Of a stretch of 64,000 nucleotides of DNA, positions 49,751 through 59,774 are shown one piece after another. Made by a program: the position numbers and the translations under genes. Below the pieces are notes generated by a model, which did no database searches, was not told the DNA's origin, and worked only from the letters and a program-made list of their open reading frames with translations. How positions within the stretch are numbered: the stretch's first letter is position 1; the number at the start of each line of letters is the position of its first letter. The stretch comes from Spirochaetia bacterium (GTDB taxonomy: Bacteria; Spirochaetota; Spirochaetia; CAKZLE01), in NCBI GenBank assembly GCA_963677595.1, contig OY782041.1, positions 1,184,001-1,248,000 on the forward strand. Direction: 5' to 3'.

Positions 49751-50587
49751 CTAATCCCAGCCTATCACGGTCCCTGAACCGCACTCCACCGGGGAGATCC
49801 CGAGGGAACGCACGAATTCCAGCGTCCGGTCCCCGGAGCAGTGGGCGATACCCAGAAGGGAGAGCCCAAGCTCCTTCAGGTAGAAGCCCACATGGGAGAT
49901 CCTGTCGTCGGAAGCATCCTTGAGATGGGTCCCGCCGATGACCCCGTAGATCGGCTGGTCGAAGGTGGTCCTGACGCTCTCGATCATGTTCACGATGCCG
50001 GGATGGGAGCAGCCTGCCACCAGGAGCAGGCCTTTGGATGTCTCTGCTACCAGCATGATCTCATCGGTGAATGGATCAGGGATGATCGAGCCGTCGGGAT
50101 CCCTCCTGACGAACCGGTCAGGGATCGTCTCGAGGGGATCGACCCTCGGGAAGTCGGTGCACAGCCACAGACCCGAACCATCCCCGTAGAGGGGATGGGG
50201 GGAGTCCCCGACTGTGTGGACGCTCCAGCCTGCCTCGACCAGGTCGTGATTCGTGAAGTTCGGTCCCTTGTAATCGAGGTCCCCGGATTCCCGGGCATAC
50301 TTGGGCAGGAAGAAGTCCGGCCCGATGTAGATATCGGGGGAGGGCACGAGCCCGAACAGGTTCGGCAGGCCGTTCGCATGGTCATAATGGGCATGGCTGA
50401 GGATGACGGTATCGACCGTATCCAGGGGGAGGCCCATCCCCGCTGCATTCTGGAGGAATGCAGCACTCTGGCCCGTGTCGAAGAGGATCCTATGCCCTCC
50501 CGTCTCGATAAGGAATGACAACCCGTGTTCGACAGCCAGCCCATGGGTACTGGAGTTCTCGACGAGGACCGTGATCTTCCCTTTCAT
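49751..50587 (-). CDS. MBL-fold metallo-hydrolase (MJ0301/AF_0781-like)
   Basis: EHGLS, LFDTG, SHAHYDH, GCSHPG, GGTHL, HCSG. Confidence 0.85.
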   Translation of the reverse strand: MKGKITVLVENSSTHGLAVEHGLSFLIETGGHRILFDTGQSAAFLQNAAGMGLPLDTVDTVILSHAHYDHANGLPNLFGLVPSPDIYIGPDFFLPKYARESGDLDYKGPNFTNHDLVEAGWSVHTVGDSPHPLYGDGSGLWLCTDFPRVDPLETIPDRFVRRDPDGSIIPDPFTDEIMLVAETSKGLLLVAGCSHPGIVNMIESVRTTFDQPIYGVIGGTHLKDASDDRISHVGFYLKELGLSLLGIAHCSGDRTLEFVRSLGISPVECGSGTVIGWD

Positions 50588-50892
50588 ACTGCCTCCTGGA
50601 CCTTTTCAAGCGTATGCCAACAGCCTATCACAGGAGCCCGGAGATGAAAAGCTATCGCAGCCAAACTCCCCGATTCCTTAGGTTCTGTCGTCCCCACGAC
50701 GCCTTTGCACCTTGACAACCTATGCTATAATCATATAAAGAGAGAGGGTAGAAATCAAAAGAATAAGATTTCTTCCATTTTGTTAGAAGTTTTTGGGTAA
50801 TACAATTATGTATAGAAAGAACTTCAGAAGGTGATCTTTTTAAGATACAGGTATGAAATGATTACCTCGAGATACCACAAAAAGGATGTTGC

Positions 50893-51450
50893 ATGTCTTC
50901 ACTTACAATTCCTCCCCTGAAAGACGACCTCGTACGTGTCCTCATCGACGCTGACACGATCCAGAGGAAAGTCGCTGAACTAGCCCGCCGGATCTCTGAA
51001 GATTTCAAGGAAGCAGACAAGCTGGTTGTCGTCGGTGTCCTCAAAGGTTCGTTCATCTTTGCCGCAGACCTCTGCAGGCAGCTCTCGATCGACCACAGCG
51101 TTGACTTCATTGCCTTGTCGAGCTATGGTGCCACGTCAAAGGCTACCGGGAACGTCCGCATGATCATGGATGTACGGGAGAACCTCGCCGGCCAGCATGT
51201 GCTCATCGTCGAGGACATCCTCGACAGCGGCTATACCCTCGATTACCTCAAACGGAACTTCGAGACGCGGCAGCCGGCATCGCTCAAGACCATCGCGCTG
51301 CTCAACAAGCAGGACCGAAGGGTCGTCGACGTCGAGCTCGACTACAAGGGGTTCGACATCCCCGATGTCTGGGTGGTGGGCTACGGTCTCGATTATGCCG
51401 AGAAATACAGGACTCTGCCCTATATCGCAGAGATGACACCGGTCGTATAG
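50893..51450 (+). CDS. hpt: Hypoxanthine phosphoribosyltransferase
   Basis: VLKGSFIF.ADL, SSYG, VLIVEDILDSGYTL, VVGYGLDY...YR.LP. Confidence 0.95.
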   Translation: MSSLTIPPLKDDLVRVLIDADTIQRKVAELARRISEDFKEADKLVVVGVLKGSFIFAADLCRQLSIDHSVDFIALSSYGATSKATGNVRMIMDVRENLAGQHVLIVEDILDSGYTLDYLKRNFETRQPASLKTIALLNKQDRRVVDVELDYKGFDIPDVWVVGYGLDYAEKYRTLPYIAEMTPVV

Positions 51451-51460
51451 AGGAGTTCAC

Positions 51461-51994
51461 ATGGCAGACGACAAATACTATGTTACCTATAACACGATCC
51501 ACAAGGCAGTGAAGCGGCTTGCGAAGCAGGTCCTGGAGTCGGGGTTCGATCCCGACGTGATCGTCGCGATCGGTTCCGGCGGGTTCATCCCGGCGAGGAT
51601 GATCAAGACGTTCATCAACCGGCCGATCTTCGCCGTCGGGATCTCCTACTACGGCATCGGCAACCAGCATATGGAGATGCCGCAGAAGATCCAGTGGATC
51701 GACGAGGTCGAGCAGAAGCTCGAGGGTAAGAAGATCCTCCTGATCGACGAGGTCGATGATACCCGGGCCACCTTGAGCTACTGCGTGGGTGAGCTGCTCA
51801 GGCACAAGCCTGAGGAGATCGCCGTCCTGGTGATCCACAACAAGAAGAAACCGAAGGATGCGGAATTCCCGAAAGAAGTGAAACGATATTTCCCGGCGAT
51901 CGAACTCGAAGATCGATGGATCAAGTATCCCTGGGATGCCGAAGATATTGACGAACATGATCAATGCGAGAAAGAGATGAAGGAGAATGAATAA
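51461..51994 (+). CDS. Second purine phosphoribosyltransferase (xanthine/guanine-type, fungal Hpt1/Xpt1-like)
   Basis: PDVIVAIGSGGFIPAR, QWID, ILLIDEVDDTRATL, HNKKKPK, WIKYPW. Confidence 0.82.
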   Translation: MADDKYYVTYNTIHKAVKRLAKQVLESGFDPDVIVAIGSGGFIPARMIKTFINRPIFAVGISYYGIGNQHMEMPQKIQWIDEVEQKLEGKKILLIDEVDDTRATLSYCVGELLRHKPEEIAVLVIHNKKKPKDAEFPKEVKRYFPAIELEDRWIKYPWDAEDIDEHDQCEKEMKENE

Positions 51995-53265
51995 TGAGTG
52001 TAGATGCCATTGTCGGTGCTCAATGGGGAGATGAAGGGAAAGGTAGGATCGTAGACTACCTCGCGCAGGATTGCGATATGGTGATCCGCTATCAGGGTGG
52101 AGATAACGCAGGCCATACCGTGATCAACGAGTACGGGAAGTTCGCACTCCATATCCTGCCGTCCGGGATCTTCAACCCGAAGACACTCTGCCTTGTCGGG
52201 GCAGGGACCGTCGTGAACTTCAACACCATGGAAGAGGAACTGAAGTCGGTCGAGGCTGCCGGCATTGATACTGACAACCTCTTCGTCGATAAAAGAGCCC
52301 ACCTGATCATGCCCTTCCACTGCATGCTCGACGGAGCTGAGGAAGCTAACCGGAACAAGAAGTGGGCAGTAGGCACCACGAAGCGTGGGATCGGGCCCGT
52401 CTACTCAGACAAGGCATCCCGCGTCGGGATCCGGGCAGTAGACATCCTCGACCCGGAACGACTGAAGGTCAGGCTCGAGATGCTCATGCCGAAGAAGAAC
52501 CGTGAGCTCGAGTACTACGGCCTCGATACCATCTCGGTCGATGAGATGATGGAGCTCTGCGCCTCCTGGAGGGAGAAGTTCGGAAAGCGAATCATCGACT
52601 CGGTACCCGTCCTCAGGGATGCGGTGAAAGCCGGGAAGAACGTCCTCTTCGAGGGGCAGCTCGGGATCATGAGGGACCTCGACTGGGGCATCTACCCCTA
52701 CACCACCTCCTCTAACCCGACTGCCGGCGGTACCTGCTCGGGAGCCGGTATCTCCCCGAAGCGGATCGACAACATCTACGGGGTGGTGAAAGCCTACTCG
52801 ACATCAGTCGGCGGCGGCCCCTTCCCGGTAGAGCTCTTCGATGCTGACGGGGAGAAGCTCCGAGAGATCGGCGGGGAGTTCGGTGCAACGACCGGCCGAC
52901 CGCGACGCTGCGGGTGGTTCGACGGTGTTGCCGCCGCATACTCCTGCTGGATCAACGGGTTCACCCATATCGCCGTGACCAAGCTCGATGTCCTCGACCA
53001 CTTCGATACGATCAAGATCTGCACCGGCTACAAGGTCGGCGATGAGGTCATCGACTATGTCCCCGAGACTGCCCTGCAGGATATCGCGGAGCCGGTCTAT
53101 GAGGAGTGGGCAGGCTGGAAATGCGACACGACAGGCCTCAGGACCTGGGAAGAGCTCCCGCAGGAGGCGAAAGCCTACCTCAAGCGGCTCGAGGAGCTGA
53201 CCGGGGCACCGATGAAGTTCATCTCCGTCGGTCCTGAACGCGACCAGATCATCGTGATCGACTAG
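51994..53265 (+). CDS. purA: Adenylosuccinate synthetase
   Basis: QWGDEGKG, GGDNAGHT, GTTKRGIGP, FEGQLG, GATTGRPRRCGW, TKLDVL. Confidence 0.97.
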   Translation: MSVDAIVGAQWGDEGKGRIVDYLAQDCDMVIRYQGGDNAGHTVINEYGKFALHILPSGIFNPKTLCLVGAGTVVNFNTMEEELKSVEAAGIDTDNLFVDKRAHLIMPFHCMLDGAEEANRNKKWAVGTTKRGIGPVYSDKASRVGIRAVDILDPERLKVRLEMLMPKKNRELEYYGLDTISVDEMMELCASWREKFGKRIIDSVPVLRDAVKAGKNVLFEGQLGIMRDLDWGIYPYTTSSNPTAGGTCSGAGISPKRIDNIYGVVKAYSTSVGGGPFPVELFDADGEKLREIGGEFGATTGRPRRCGWFDGVAAAYSCWINGFTHIAVTKLDVLDHFDTIKICTGYKVGDEVIDYVPETALQDIAEPVYEEWAGWKCDTTGLRTWEELPQEAKAYLKRLEELTGAPMKFISVGPERDQIIVID

Positions 53266-53276
53266 AAGGAGCCTCA

Positions 53277-54683
53277 ATGGGACAGCATACATACGGGCAT
53301 GAGACGTTCATCTCCCCCTTCACCTGGCGATACGGGACAGAGCAGATGCGTCACATCTGGTCCGAGACCCATAAACGAACCCTGCTGCGTTCCTTCTGGA
53401 TCGCCCTCGCACGGGCTGAGATGAAAGCCGGGATCGTCACTGAGGAACAGGTACAGGACCTCGAGTCAAAACGCGTTGCCATCGACATCGACCGGGCATC
53501 TGAGATCGAGGCGGAGATCCACCATGACCTCATGGCCGAGATCAAGACCTATGCGGAGCAGTGCCCGGTGGGTGGAAGCATCATACACCTCGGGGCTACC
53601 AGCATGGATGCCCTCGACAACATGGATGCCATCCGCCTTGCCGAGTCACTCGACCTCATCATCGGGAAGGCAGCCGAACTCCTCAGCCTGCTGAGGGAGG
53701 CTATCATCGAGCAGGCCGACAGGCCCTGCATGGCCTTCACCCATATTCAGCCGGCAGAGCCGACGACCATCGGCTACCGCCTGGCACAGTACGGGCAGGA
53801 CATCCTCGCAGACCTGGAGTACCTGAGACAGGTCCGAGCCTCAGTACGCGGTAAGGGACTCAAGGGTGCGGTAGGCACCAGTGCCTCCTATACCGAGCTG
53901 CTCAAGGGTAATGAGATGTCGGCACGGGAACTTGAGACGCTCGTCATGGAGGAGCTTGGAATCAAGCCGTTCACGGCAGCGACCCAGGTCTACCCGAGGA
54001 AGCAGGACTGGGTGATCTCCAATGCCCTTGCGGGGCTTGCAGGCTCACTCTACAAGTTCGCCTTCGACCTGAGGATCCTGCAGACCCCGCCGATCGGTGA
54101 GTGGGCGGAACCCTTCGGTTCCAAGCAGGTAGGATCATCCGCCATGCCGTTCAAGCGCAACCCGATCCGGTCTGAGAAGATCGACTCACTCGCACGGTTC
54201 ATCGCCCACCTTCCTGCTACCTTCTGGCATAACGCATCGCATACGCTCCTCGAGCGTACCCTCGATGACTCAGCGAACAGGCGAGAGGCGTTCCCCGCTG
54301 CATTCCTCGCGCTGGATGAGATCCTGAAGACTGCCCTCCAGGTAGTGAAGGGGATTCAGTTCAGGGATGTCGCCATCGACCGGAACCTCTCAGTCTACGG
54401 GGCCTTCTCCGCGACCGAACGGCTGCTCATGGAGCTCGGACGACGGGGAGGAGACCGCCAGGAGATGCATGAGGTGATCCGGGAACACTCCCTGGCTGCC
54501 TGGGACGACCTGCAGCGGGGGAATGAGATCCACCTTGCCGAGTCCCTTACGCATGACCCGAGGGTGACCGAGTTCATCAGCCCTGAGGAGGCTATGACCT
54601 TCCTCGATGCCTCCGTCTATGTCGGGGATGCTCCGGGACGGGCACGGGAGATCGCCGGGGAGATCGAAGCCGCATTGGCGTGA
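53277..54683 (+). CDS. purB: Adenylosuccinate lyase
   Basis: HDLMA, IHLGATS, FTHIQPA, GSSAMPFKRNP, ERTLDDSA. Confidence 0.96.
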   Translation: MGQHTYGHETFISPFTWRYGTEQMRHIWSETHKRTLLRSFWIALARAEMKAGIVTEEQVQDLESKRVAIDIDRASEIEAEIHHDLMAEIKTYAEQCPVGGSIIHLGATSMDALDNMDAIRLAESLDLIIGKAAELLSLLREAIIEQADRPCMAFTHIQPAEPTTIGYRLAQYGQDILADLEYLRQVRASVRGKGLKGAVGTSASYTELLKGNEMSARELETLVMEELGIKPFTAATQVYPRKQDWVISNALAGLAGSLYKFAFDLRILQTPPIGEWAEPFGSKQVGSSAMPFKRNPIRSEKIDSLARFIAHLPATFWHNASHTLLERTLDDSANRREAFPAAFLALDEILKTALQVVKGIQFRDVAIDRNLSVYGAFSATERLLMELGRRGGDRQEMHEVIREHSLAAWDDLQRGNEIHLAESLTHDPRVTEFISPEEAMTFLDASVYVGDAPGRAREIAGEIEAALA

Positions 54684-54705
54684 CCCCTCACGACGGCATA
54701 GTACG

Positions 54706-54740
54706 ATCCCGCGGGGGTTCCTTCCCCTGCGGGATTTTTC
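54706..54740 (+). terminator. Rho-independent terminator after purB
   Basis: ATCCCGCGGGGG-loop-CCCCTGCGGGAT followed by a T run. Confidence 0.8.
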
Positions 54741-54795
54741 TATTTTCACAGGGTATCATATCGTATATACTTGTAGCATAAGAGGTACGACAGCC

Positions 54796-57700
54796 ATGGC
54801 AAAACGGTATCCGGCATTATGCCTGTTCAGCATATTGATCCTGCTCAGCTCCTGTACGACATCAGGGAAGGCGGGGACTCCTGACCTCCCCGAAGAGCCG
54901 AAGGCGGCAGAGGCCCCTGTGAGCATCATCGTCACACCGGAACCCGTGAAAGAGGCCATAGAGCCGGAGACAGAGCCGGTGGTTGAGCCAGAACCTGAAC
55001 CTGAGCCCGTCGTCGATATCATCGTCACCCCGGCGAAGATCGAGCCGGTGATCGAGGAACCGGAACCCGAGCCCGAACTGATCATAGAGCCTGAACCGGA
55101 ACCGATCCCGGAACCGGAACCTCCACAGGTCCCAGCGAACCTCATGGAGGCGATCGAAGCTAATGACCTTGCCCTGGCTGAAGGATTCATCCTGCAGGAT
55201 TCAGGGCTCCTCTCGGCACGGGATGCAGCCGGGAACACCCCCCTCCATACCGCAGCCGGGCTCGGTGAGACGAGTATGGTCAGCCTGCTCCTCAAGCACG
55301 GGGCAGATCCCTCGATCCCCAACGACGCGGGACAGCTCCCGATCCATATCGCCGCAGGGATCTCCTTCGAGCTCGCCCACAACCTCTTAGGGAACGGGAG
55401 CCTCCTCTTCCGCGTGGACGACTCGGGCAGCAGCGCTCTCGACCTGGCCTTCGATGCAGGGCCGAAGGGGGTCAGCAGCCTGCTCGGGGAGCAGTTCGTG
55501 AACTCCCTCGACCTGCAGGGGAACACCCCCCTCCAGTATGCCGCGCAGCGAGGAGACCTCGCCGTAGTCAACGAGCTCATCGAGTACGGGGCTGACCTGA
55601 ACCTGTCCAACTCCCAGGGGGAGACCCCCCTCGATATCGCATTCACACGGACCGACAGCGATATACACGTAGAGATCGCCCGGGTCCTCATCCAGAACTA
55701 TGCGCAGATCCCGAACGACCAGGAGTTCTACTATGCCTACCAGACGCTTTCCAACGATGATGTGAACATCAGGTTCGAAGGGGGGACAACTCCCCTGCAC
55801 TTCGCCGCCGCATACCACCACCCGGCACTGCTCCGTGCATTCATCGCGGAACACGGGTACCTCGAGGCGCGGGATGAGGAGGAGAACACCCCGCTCCATA
55901 TCGCGGTGGTGAACGGGTTCTTTGACATCACGAAGCTCCTCGTCGCTGCCGGGGCTGACCTCGATTCGCGCGATGCCATGAACAACAGCCCCCTCCACCT
56001 TGCCGTCACGTCGAACACGGATACAGGGATCGCTGAGTACCTGCTGGACAGCGGTGCAGAAGTAGACAGTCGGAACAGCTTCGGGGAGACCCCGCTGCAC
56101 AATGCGGTCTCCTCGGCGATCGATCCCACGTTCGTGAGCCTCCTGCTCTCCTACGGCGCACAACCGGACAGCCGGAACACCTCAGGGAACACCCCCCTCA
56201 TGGGGGCCCTTGCCGAAGATAACCAGGCAGCAGCAGAACTGCTCCTTGACGAGGGCACCGATATCTACGCGAGCAACTTCCATGAGATCAGCCCCATCAT
56301 CCGGGCCCTGGTCAAGGGACCGGAGACCGTCTCCTGGTTCTACCGGGACTATATGAACGGGACTGCCGACGGGGAGGGGAACTCCCCGCTCCATATCGCG
56401 GTCATCACCGGCGCTTCGACCGAGGCCATCGCCCTGGTCATCGCTTCCGGGGCCGATCTCGACAAGAGGAACCTCCAGGGGGAGACCCCCATGCACCTCT
56501 CTGTCAGCTGCGGGTATCCCGAGGCTGCCAGACTGCTCACCCAATCAGGGGCAGACCCCTTCATCAACAACAACCGGGGCAAGTCCCCGCTCGTCCTCGC
56601 CTACGCCGAGGGGATCGACTTCACCGGCTACATCATCAACGAACAGAACCTTCAGGGAAGCGACACGGACGGGAACACCCCGCTCCACCTCGCGGCACTC
56701 TGGGACTACCCTGAGGCAGTCTCCTTCCTGATCGACCACGGGGCAGCAGTCAATGCCCGGAACGACCAGGGGCTGACCCCGCTGCACTATGCCGTGAAGA
56801 ACAACAGTGTGGAGATCTGCAGGATCCTCCAGGCACGGGAAGCGAAGATCGATGCCCGGGATAATTACGGGAACACGCCGCTCCATACAGCGATCTCCTG
56901 GGGTTCTTCCCAGTGCGCCAAGTTCCTCCTGCTGCTCAAGGCGAACGTGGAACTGCGCAACCTCAGCGGGAACACCCCCATGCATACAGCGGTCCTGCAC
57001 CAGGACTCCCTGGGGATCAACATGCTCTACCAGTACGGGGCATCGCTCGAGTCCCGGGACAATACCGGGATGACGCCGCTGCTGCTCTCTACACGGAAGA
57101 ACTTCTGGACGATCTCCGAGCTGCTCATCGAGCTCGGGGCAGACTACAACACCCGTGACGACCGGGGCAACACGCCGCTCCATGAGGCGGTACGCAACAA
57201 GAACCAGCGTACCTGCGGGCTCCTCGCAGGCAAGGGCGCCGATATCTACGCAGAGAACAGCTATGGGGATACCCCCCTCATGATCGCCTTCAAGGCAGGG
57301 GTGGAAGTCGTCGACTGGTTCATCACCGGCCCGATGGTCTTCGACCGGGATGACGAGGGGAACACCCCGCTCCATACCGCTATCCAGTTGAATGCCTCGG
57401 CAGAGGTCATCCACAGCCTGATCGACAAGGGCGCGGACATCAACAGCAGGAACAACAGGATCAACACCCCGCTCCATAACGCCTTCCTCTCCAATAACAA
57501 GACGGCAGTCATGGTGCTCGTGGAAGCGGGGGCTGACCTCTTCAGCAGGAACGGGGACGGCAAGACCCCGCTCACCCTCTCTTTTGCCATGGGGCTCGAT
57601 GCACTCTCCTGGATCGTATCCATCGACAACATCAACTCGACCGACCAGTACGGGAACTCCTGCCTCCATGCAGCAGCCCAGTACGGTTCAATGGAAGCTG

Positions 57701-57831
57701 TGGAGTATATGCTGAACCTCGGTGGGGACCCGACGGTGATGAACCTCGCAGGTGATACGCCTGCCGAGACAGCCCTGAAGAACGGGCACCTTGACATCAT
57801 GAACCGTTTACGTGTATTTGATAGGGAATGA
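54796..57831 (+). CDS. Ankyrin-repeat lipoprotein with Pro/Glu-rich linker
   Basis: Signal MAKRYPALCLFSILILLSSC (lipobox), EP-rich stalk, >20 G.TPLH.A repeats. Confidence 0.92.
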   Translation: MAKRYPALCLFSILILLSSCTTSGKAGTPDLPEEPKAAEAPVSIIVTPEPVKEAIEPETEPVVEPEPEPEPVVDIIVTPAKIEPVIEEPEPEPELIIEPEPEPIPEPEPPQVPANLMEAIEANDLALAEGFILQDSGLLSARDAAGNTPLHTAAGLGETSMVSLLLKHGADPSIPNDAGQLPIHIAAGISFELAHNLLGNGSLLFRVDDSGSSALDLAFDAGPKGVSSLLGEQFVNSLDLQGNTPLQYAAQRGDLAVVNELIEYGADLNLSNSQGETPLDIAFTRTDSDIHVEIARVLIQNYAQIPNDQEFYYAYQTLSNDDVNIRFEGGTTPLHFAAAYHHPALLRAFIAEHGYLEARDEEENTPLHIAVVNGFFDITKLLVAAGADLDSRDAMNNSPLHLAVTSNTDTGIAEYLLDSGAEVDSRNSFGETPLHNAVSSAIDPTFVSLLLSYGAQPDSRNTSGNTPLMGALAEDNQAAAELLLDEGTDIYASNFHEISPIIRALVKGPETVSWFYRDYMNGTADGEGNSPLHIAVITGASTEAIALVIASGADLDKRNLQGETPMHLSVSCGYPEAARLLTQSGADPFINNNRGKSPLVLAYAEGIDFTGYIINEQNLQGSDTDGNTPLHLAALWDYPEAVSFLIDHGAAVNARNDQGLTPLHYAVKNNSVEICRILQAREAKIDARDNYGNTPLHTAISWGSSQCAKFLLLLKANVELRNLSGNTPMHTAVLHQDSLGINMLYQYGASLESRDNTGMTPLLLSTRKNFWTISELLIELGADYNTRDDRGNTPLHEAVRNKNQRTCGLLAGKGADIYAENSYGDTPLMIAFKAGVEVVDWFITGPMVFDRDDEGNTPLHTAIQLNASAEVIHSLIDKGADINSRNNRINTPLHNAFLSNNKTAVMVLVEAGADLFSRNGDGKTPLTLSFAMGLDALSWIVSIDNINSTDQYGNSCLHAAAQYGSMEAVEYMLNLGGDPTVMNLAGDTPAETALKNGHLDIMNRLRVFDRE

Positions 57832-58490
57832 ACTACACAGGATTGATCTTCGACCTTGACGGGACCCTCTATGATGCGAAGCATTTCGGCAAGCGGCTGG
57901 TCATCGGTAACATACGGCTCTATGAGAACCTCACAGCATTGAGGAACGTCCTGAAGCCGCTGCCGGGCAAGGCCTTTGCCAGCGGTTCAGCCTATAAGAT
58001 GTTCCTCTTCGAGGGTATGGCCCATGACCTGAATACCCGCTTCCCGGACAGACCGCCGGTCAATGCCGCGACCATGGGACACTGGTACCACCATGAGTAC
58101 TATCCTGCCGTGCTGGGACTGCTCCAGAAGCGCTATGAGAGCGAAGCAGTCACACAGGACCTCCTCAGGTCAGTCTCGAGACGCATACCGGTCTCCCTCT
58201 GCTCAGACATCGGTGTCATCGATGAGCGTCTTCGGGCGGTGGGACTCACCCCTGCCACCTTCGCCTACCGCCTCTCCACCGATGAGACCGGTATCGTTCG
58301 CCCTGCGGCTAAGACCTATACCCGCTTAGCCGGCCTGATGGGGACACGGCCAGAGAAGACCCTGGTCATCGGGGACTCGGATGAGGTGGATGGTGAGAGC
58401 GCACGGAGTGCCGGGATGGACTTCTTCAGGATCGTGCCGGATGATTTCAAGGGGAGCTGGAATCGCCTGAAGAACCTGCTTTCCCCCTAG
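57828..58490 (+). CDS. HAD-superfamily hydrolase
   Basis: IFDLDGTLY, VIGDS..VDG..A..AGM; ATGA overlap with the ankyrin gene. Confidence 0.88.
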   Translation: MNYTGLIFDLDGTLYDAKHFGKRLVIGNIRLYENLTALRNVLKPLPGKAFASGSAYKMFLFEGMAHDLNTRFPDRPPVNAATMGHWYHHEYYPAVLGLLQKRYESEAVTQDLLRSVSRRIPVSLCSDIGVIDERLRAVGLTPATFAYRLSTDETGIVRPAAKTYTRLAGLMGTRPEKTLVIGDSDEVDGESARSAGMDFFRIVPDDFKGSWNRLKNLLSP

Positions 58491-59080
58491 AAATGGATGA
58501 GCCCGAAGAGGCTCACACCACCCTTGATCAGGTAATAGTAGACCACCATCCTCGGTATACGGGCCAAACAGCCGATCAATACCTCATACCACGGGACTTC
58601 CAGCAGCCCGGCGATCCAGCAGATGGTCGAGAAGGGGACCGGGGTGAACCCGGCTATGGCAACCGCCCATCCCCCGTAATGGTGCAGGAGGGCCTTCCCC
58701 TGGTCATGGTAGTTGCGCGTCAGGTTATGTATGATCGACAGCCGGTCTAACCTGCCGGCGATCAGGTACCCGAGGAACCCGCCTGCCATGGAGGCAAGGG
58801 ACATGACAGCAAGCAGGGAGAGCACCGGCAGTGACTGTGCCAGCGGGTAGACGATGTCGACGGTAGCCGGCACGATGAGCAGGTCGACGAGGAAGCAGTA
58901 GATCCCGATCCCGAGCAGGCCGTACTTCCTGCTCAGCACCTCGCCGGCAGCATGCAGGTGGTCACGCACCAGCAGGGCCAGCAGGCCGTATACCAGCAGG
59001 CCGATGACTGCGAACATGAGTGTCTTGAGTATGATGTGCCTCAAGTCAGGTTTCTCGTGCAGCTCAGGCTCTTCCTTCAA
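58487..59080 (-). CDS. YqaA/VTT-domain (DedA-like) membrane protein
   Basis: Several TM helices, ASMAGG..GY..., YG.WAV..AGFTPVPF...AG, R..R; TTG start after AGGAGG. Confidence 0.75.
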   Translation of the reverse strand: MKEEPELHEKPDLRHIILKTLMFAVIGLLVYGLLALLVRDHLHAAGEVLSRKYGLLGIGIYCFLVDLLIVPATVDIVYPLAQSLPVLSLLAVMSLASMAGGFLGYLIAGRLDRLSIIHNLTRNYHDQGKALLHHYGGWAVAIAGFTPVPFSTICWIAGLLEVPWYEVLIGCLARIPRMVVYYYLIKGGVSLFGLIHF

Positions 59081-59774
59081 GGTATGCCCTCCTCTCAGGT
59101 TCAGGGAACTTCTCGATCGCATACCGAAGCATCGTCCTCGGCATGTCATGATAGTGTTCGGCAAGGAACGCCCTCTCAAGTTCCCCATCACGATTGCCGA
59201 CCTCACGGAGCATCCAGCCCACCGCCTTGTGTATCAGGTCATGGGGATGGTGCAGGAGGATCTCCGCCAGGGACAGGGTATCGGAGTGATCATGGTTTCG
59301 TATGAAGTGCATCGTCGTGATGATCGCCATGCGCTTACTCCAGATACTCTCCTCTCTCACCAGTTCGAACAGGATCCTGCGATCACGCTCCAGCAGCCAG
59401 GGACCCAGGATCTTATAGCAGGTCACATCCACCAGGTCCCAATTGTTTATATACACCCTGCTCGCAAGGTAATAGTCTACCAGTACTTCCTGTCTTTCTG
59501 CACTGCGTTCCTTCTCGAACTGTATGACTAGTATTAGTAATGCAGTCATACGATACTCATGGACCCCGGATCGCAGAAGCCTGTCAAGGTCCTCGGGGGT
59601 ACTGTCCCGATAGAACCGCTTCGCGATCGCACGCTGTTTCGGCATCGTGACACCAAGGAAGTGGTCACCTTCCCCATACTCTCCCGGCCCGGTCTTGAAG
59701 AACCGCTGCAGTACTGCCGCTTTCTCTCTGTCGGCTTCGGCCTGGAGCGCAGCTTCGATCCGGTCCGCGGTCAT
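59064..59774 (-). CDS. alkD: DNA alkylation repair protein (AlkD-like)
   Basis: FFKTGPGEYGEGD.FLGV, HEYR, NNWDLVD, HDLIHKAVGWMLRE, MPRTMLRYAIE. Confidence 0.85.
   Translation of the reverse strand: MTADRIEAALQAEADREKAAVLQRFFKTGPGEYGEGDHFLGVTMPKQRAIAKRFYRDSTPEDLDRLLRSGVHEYRMTALLILVIQFEKERSAERQEVLVDYYLASRVYINNWDLVDVTCYKILGPWLLERDRRILFELVREESIWSKRMAIITTMHFIRNHDHSDTLSLAEILLHHPHDLIHKAVGWMLREVGNRDGELERAFLAEHYHDMPRTMLRYAIEKFPEPERRAYLEGRA

Noticed and set aside
50730-50890. Canonical purine riboswitch before hpt
   Set aside because: Core TATGG...TTTCTACC...CCGTAAA not present on the sense strand; TTTCTACC occurs only antisense
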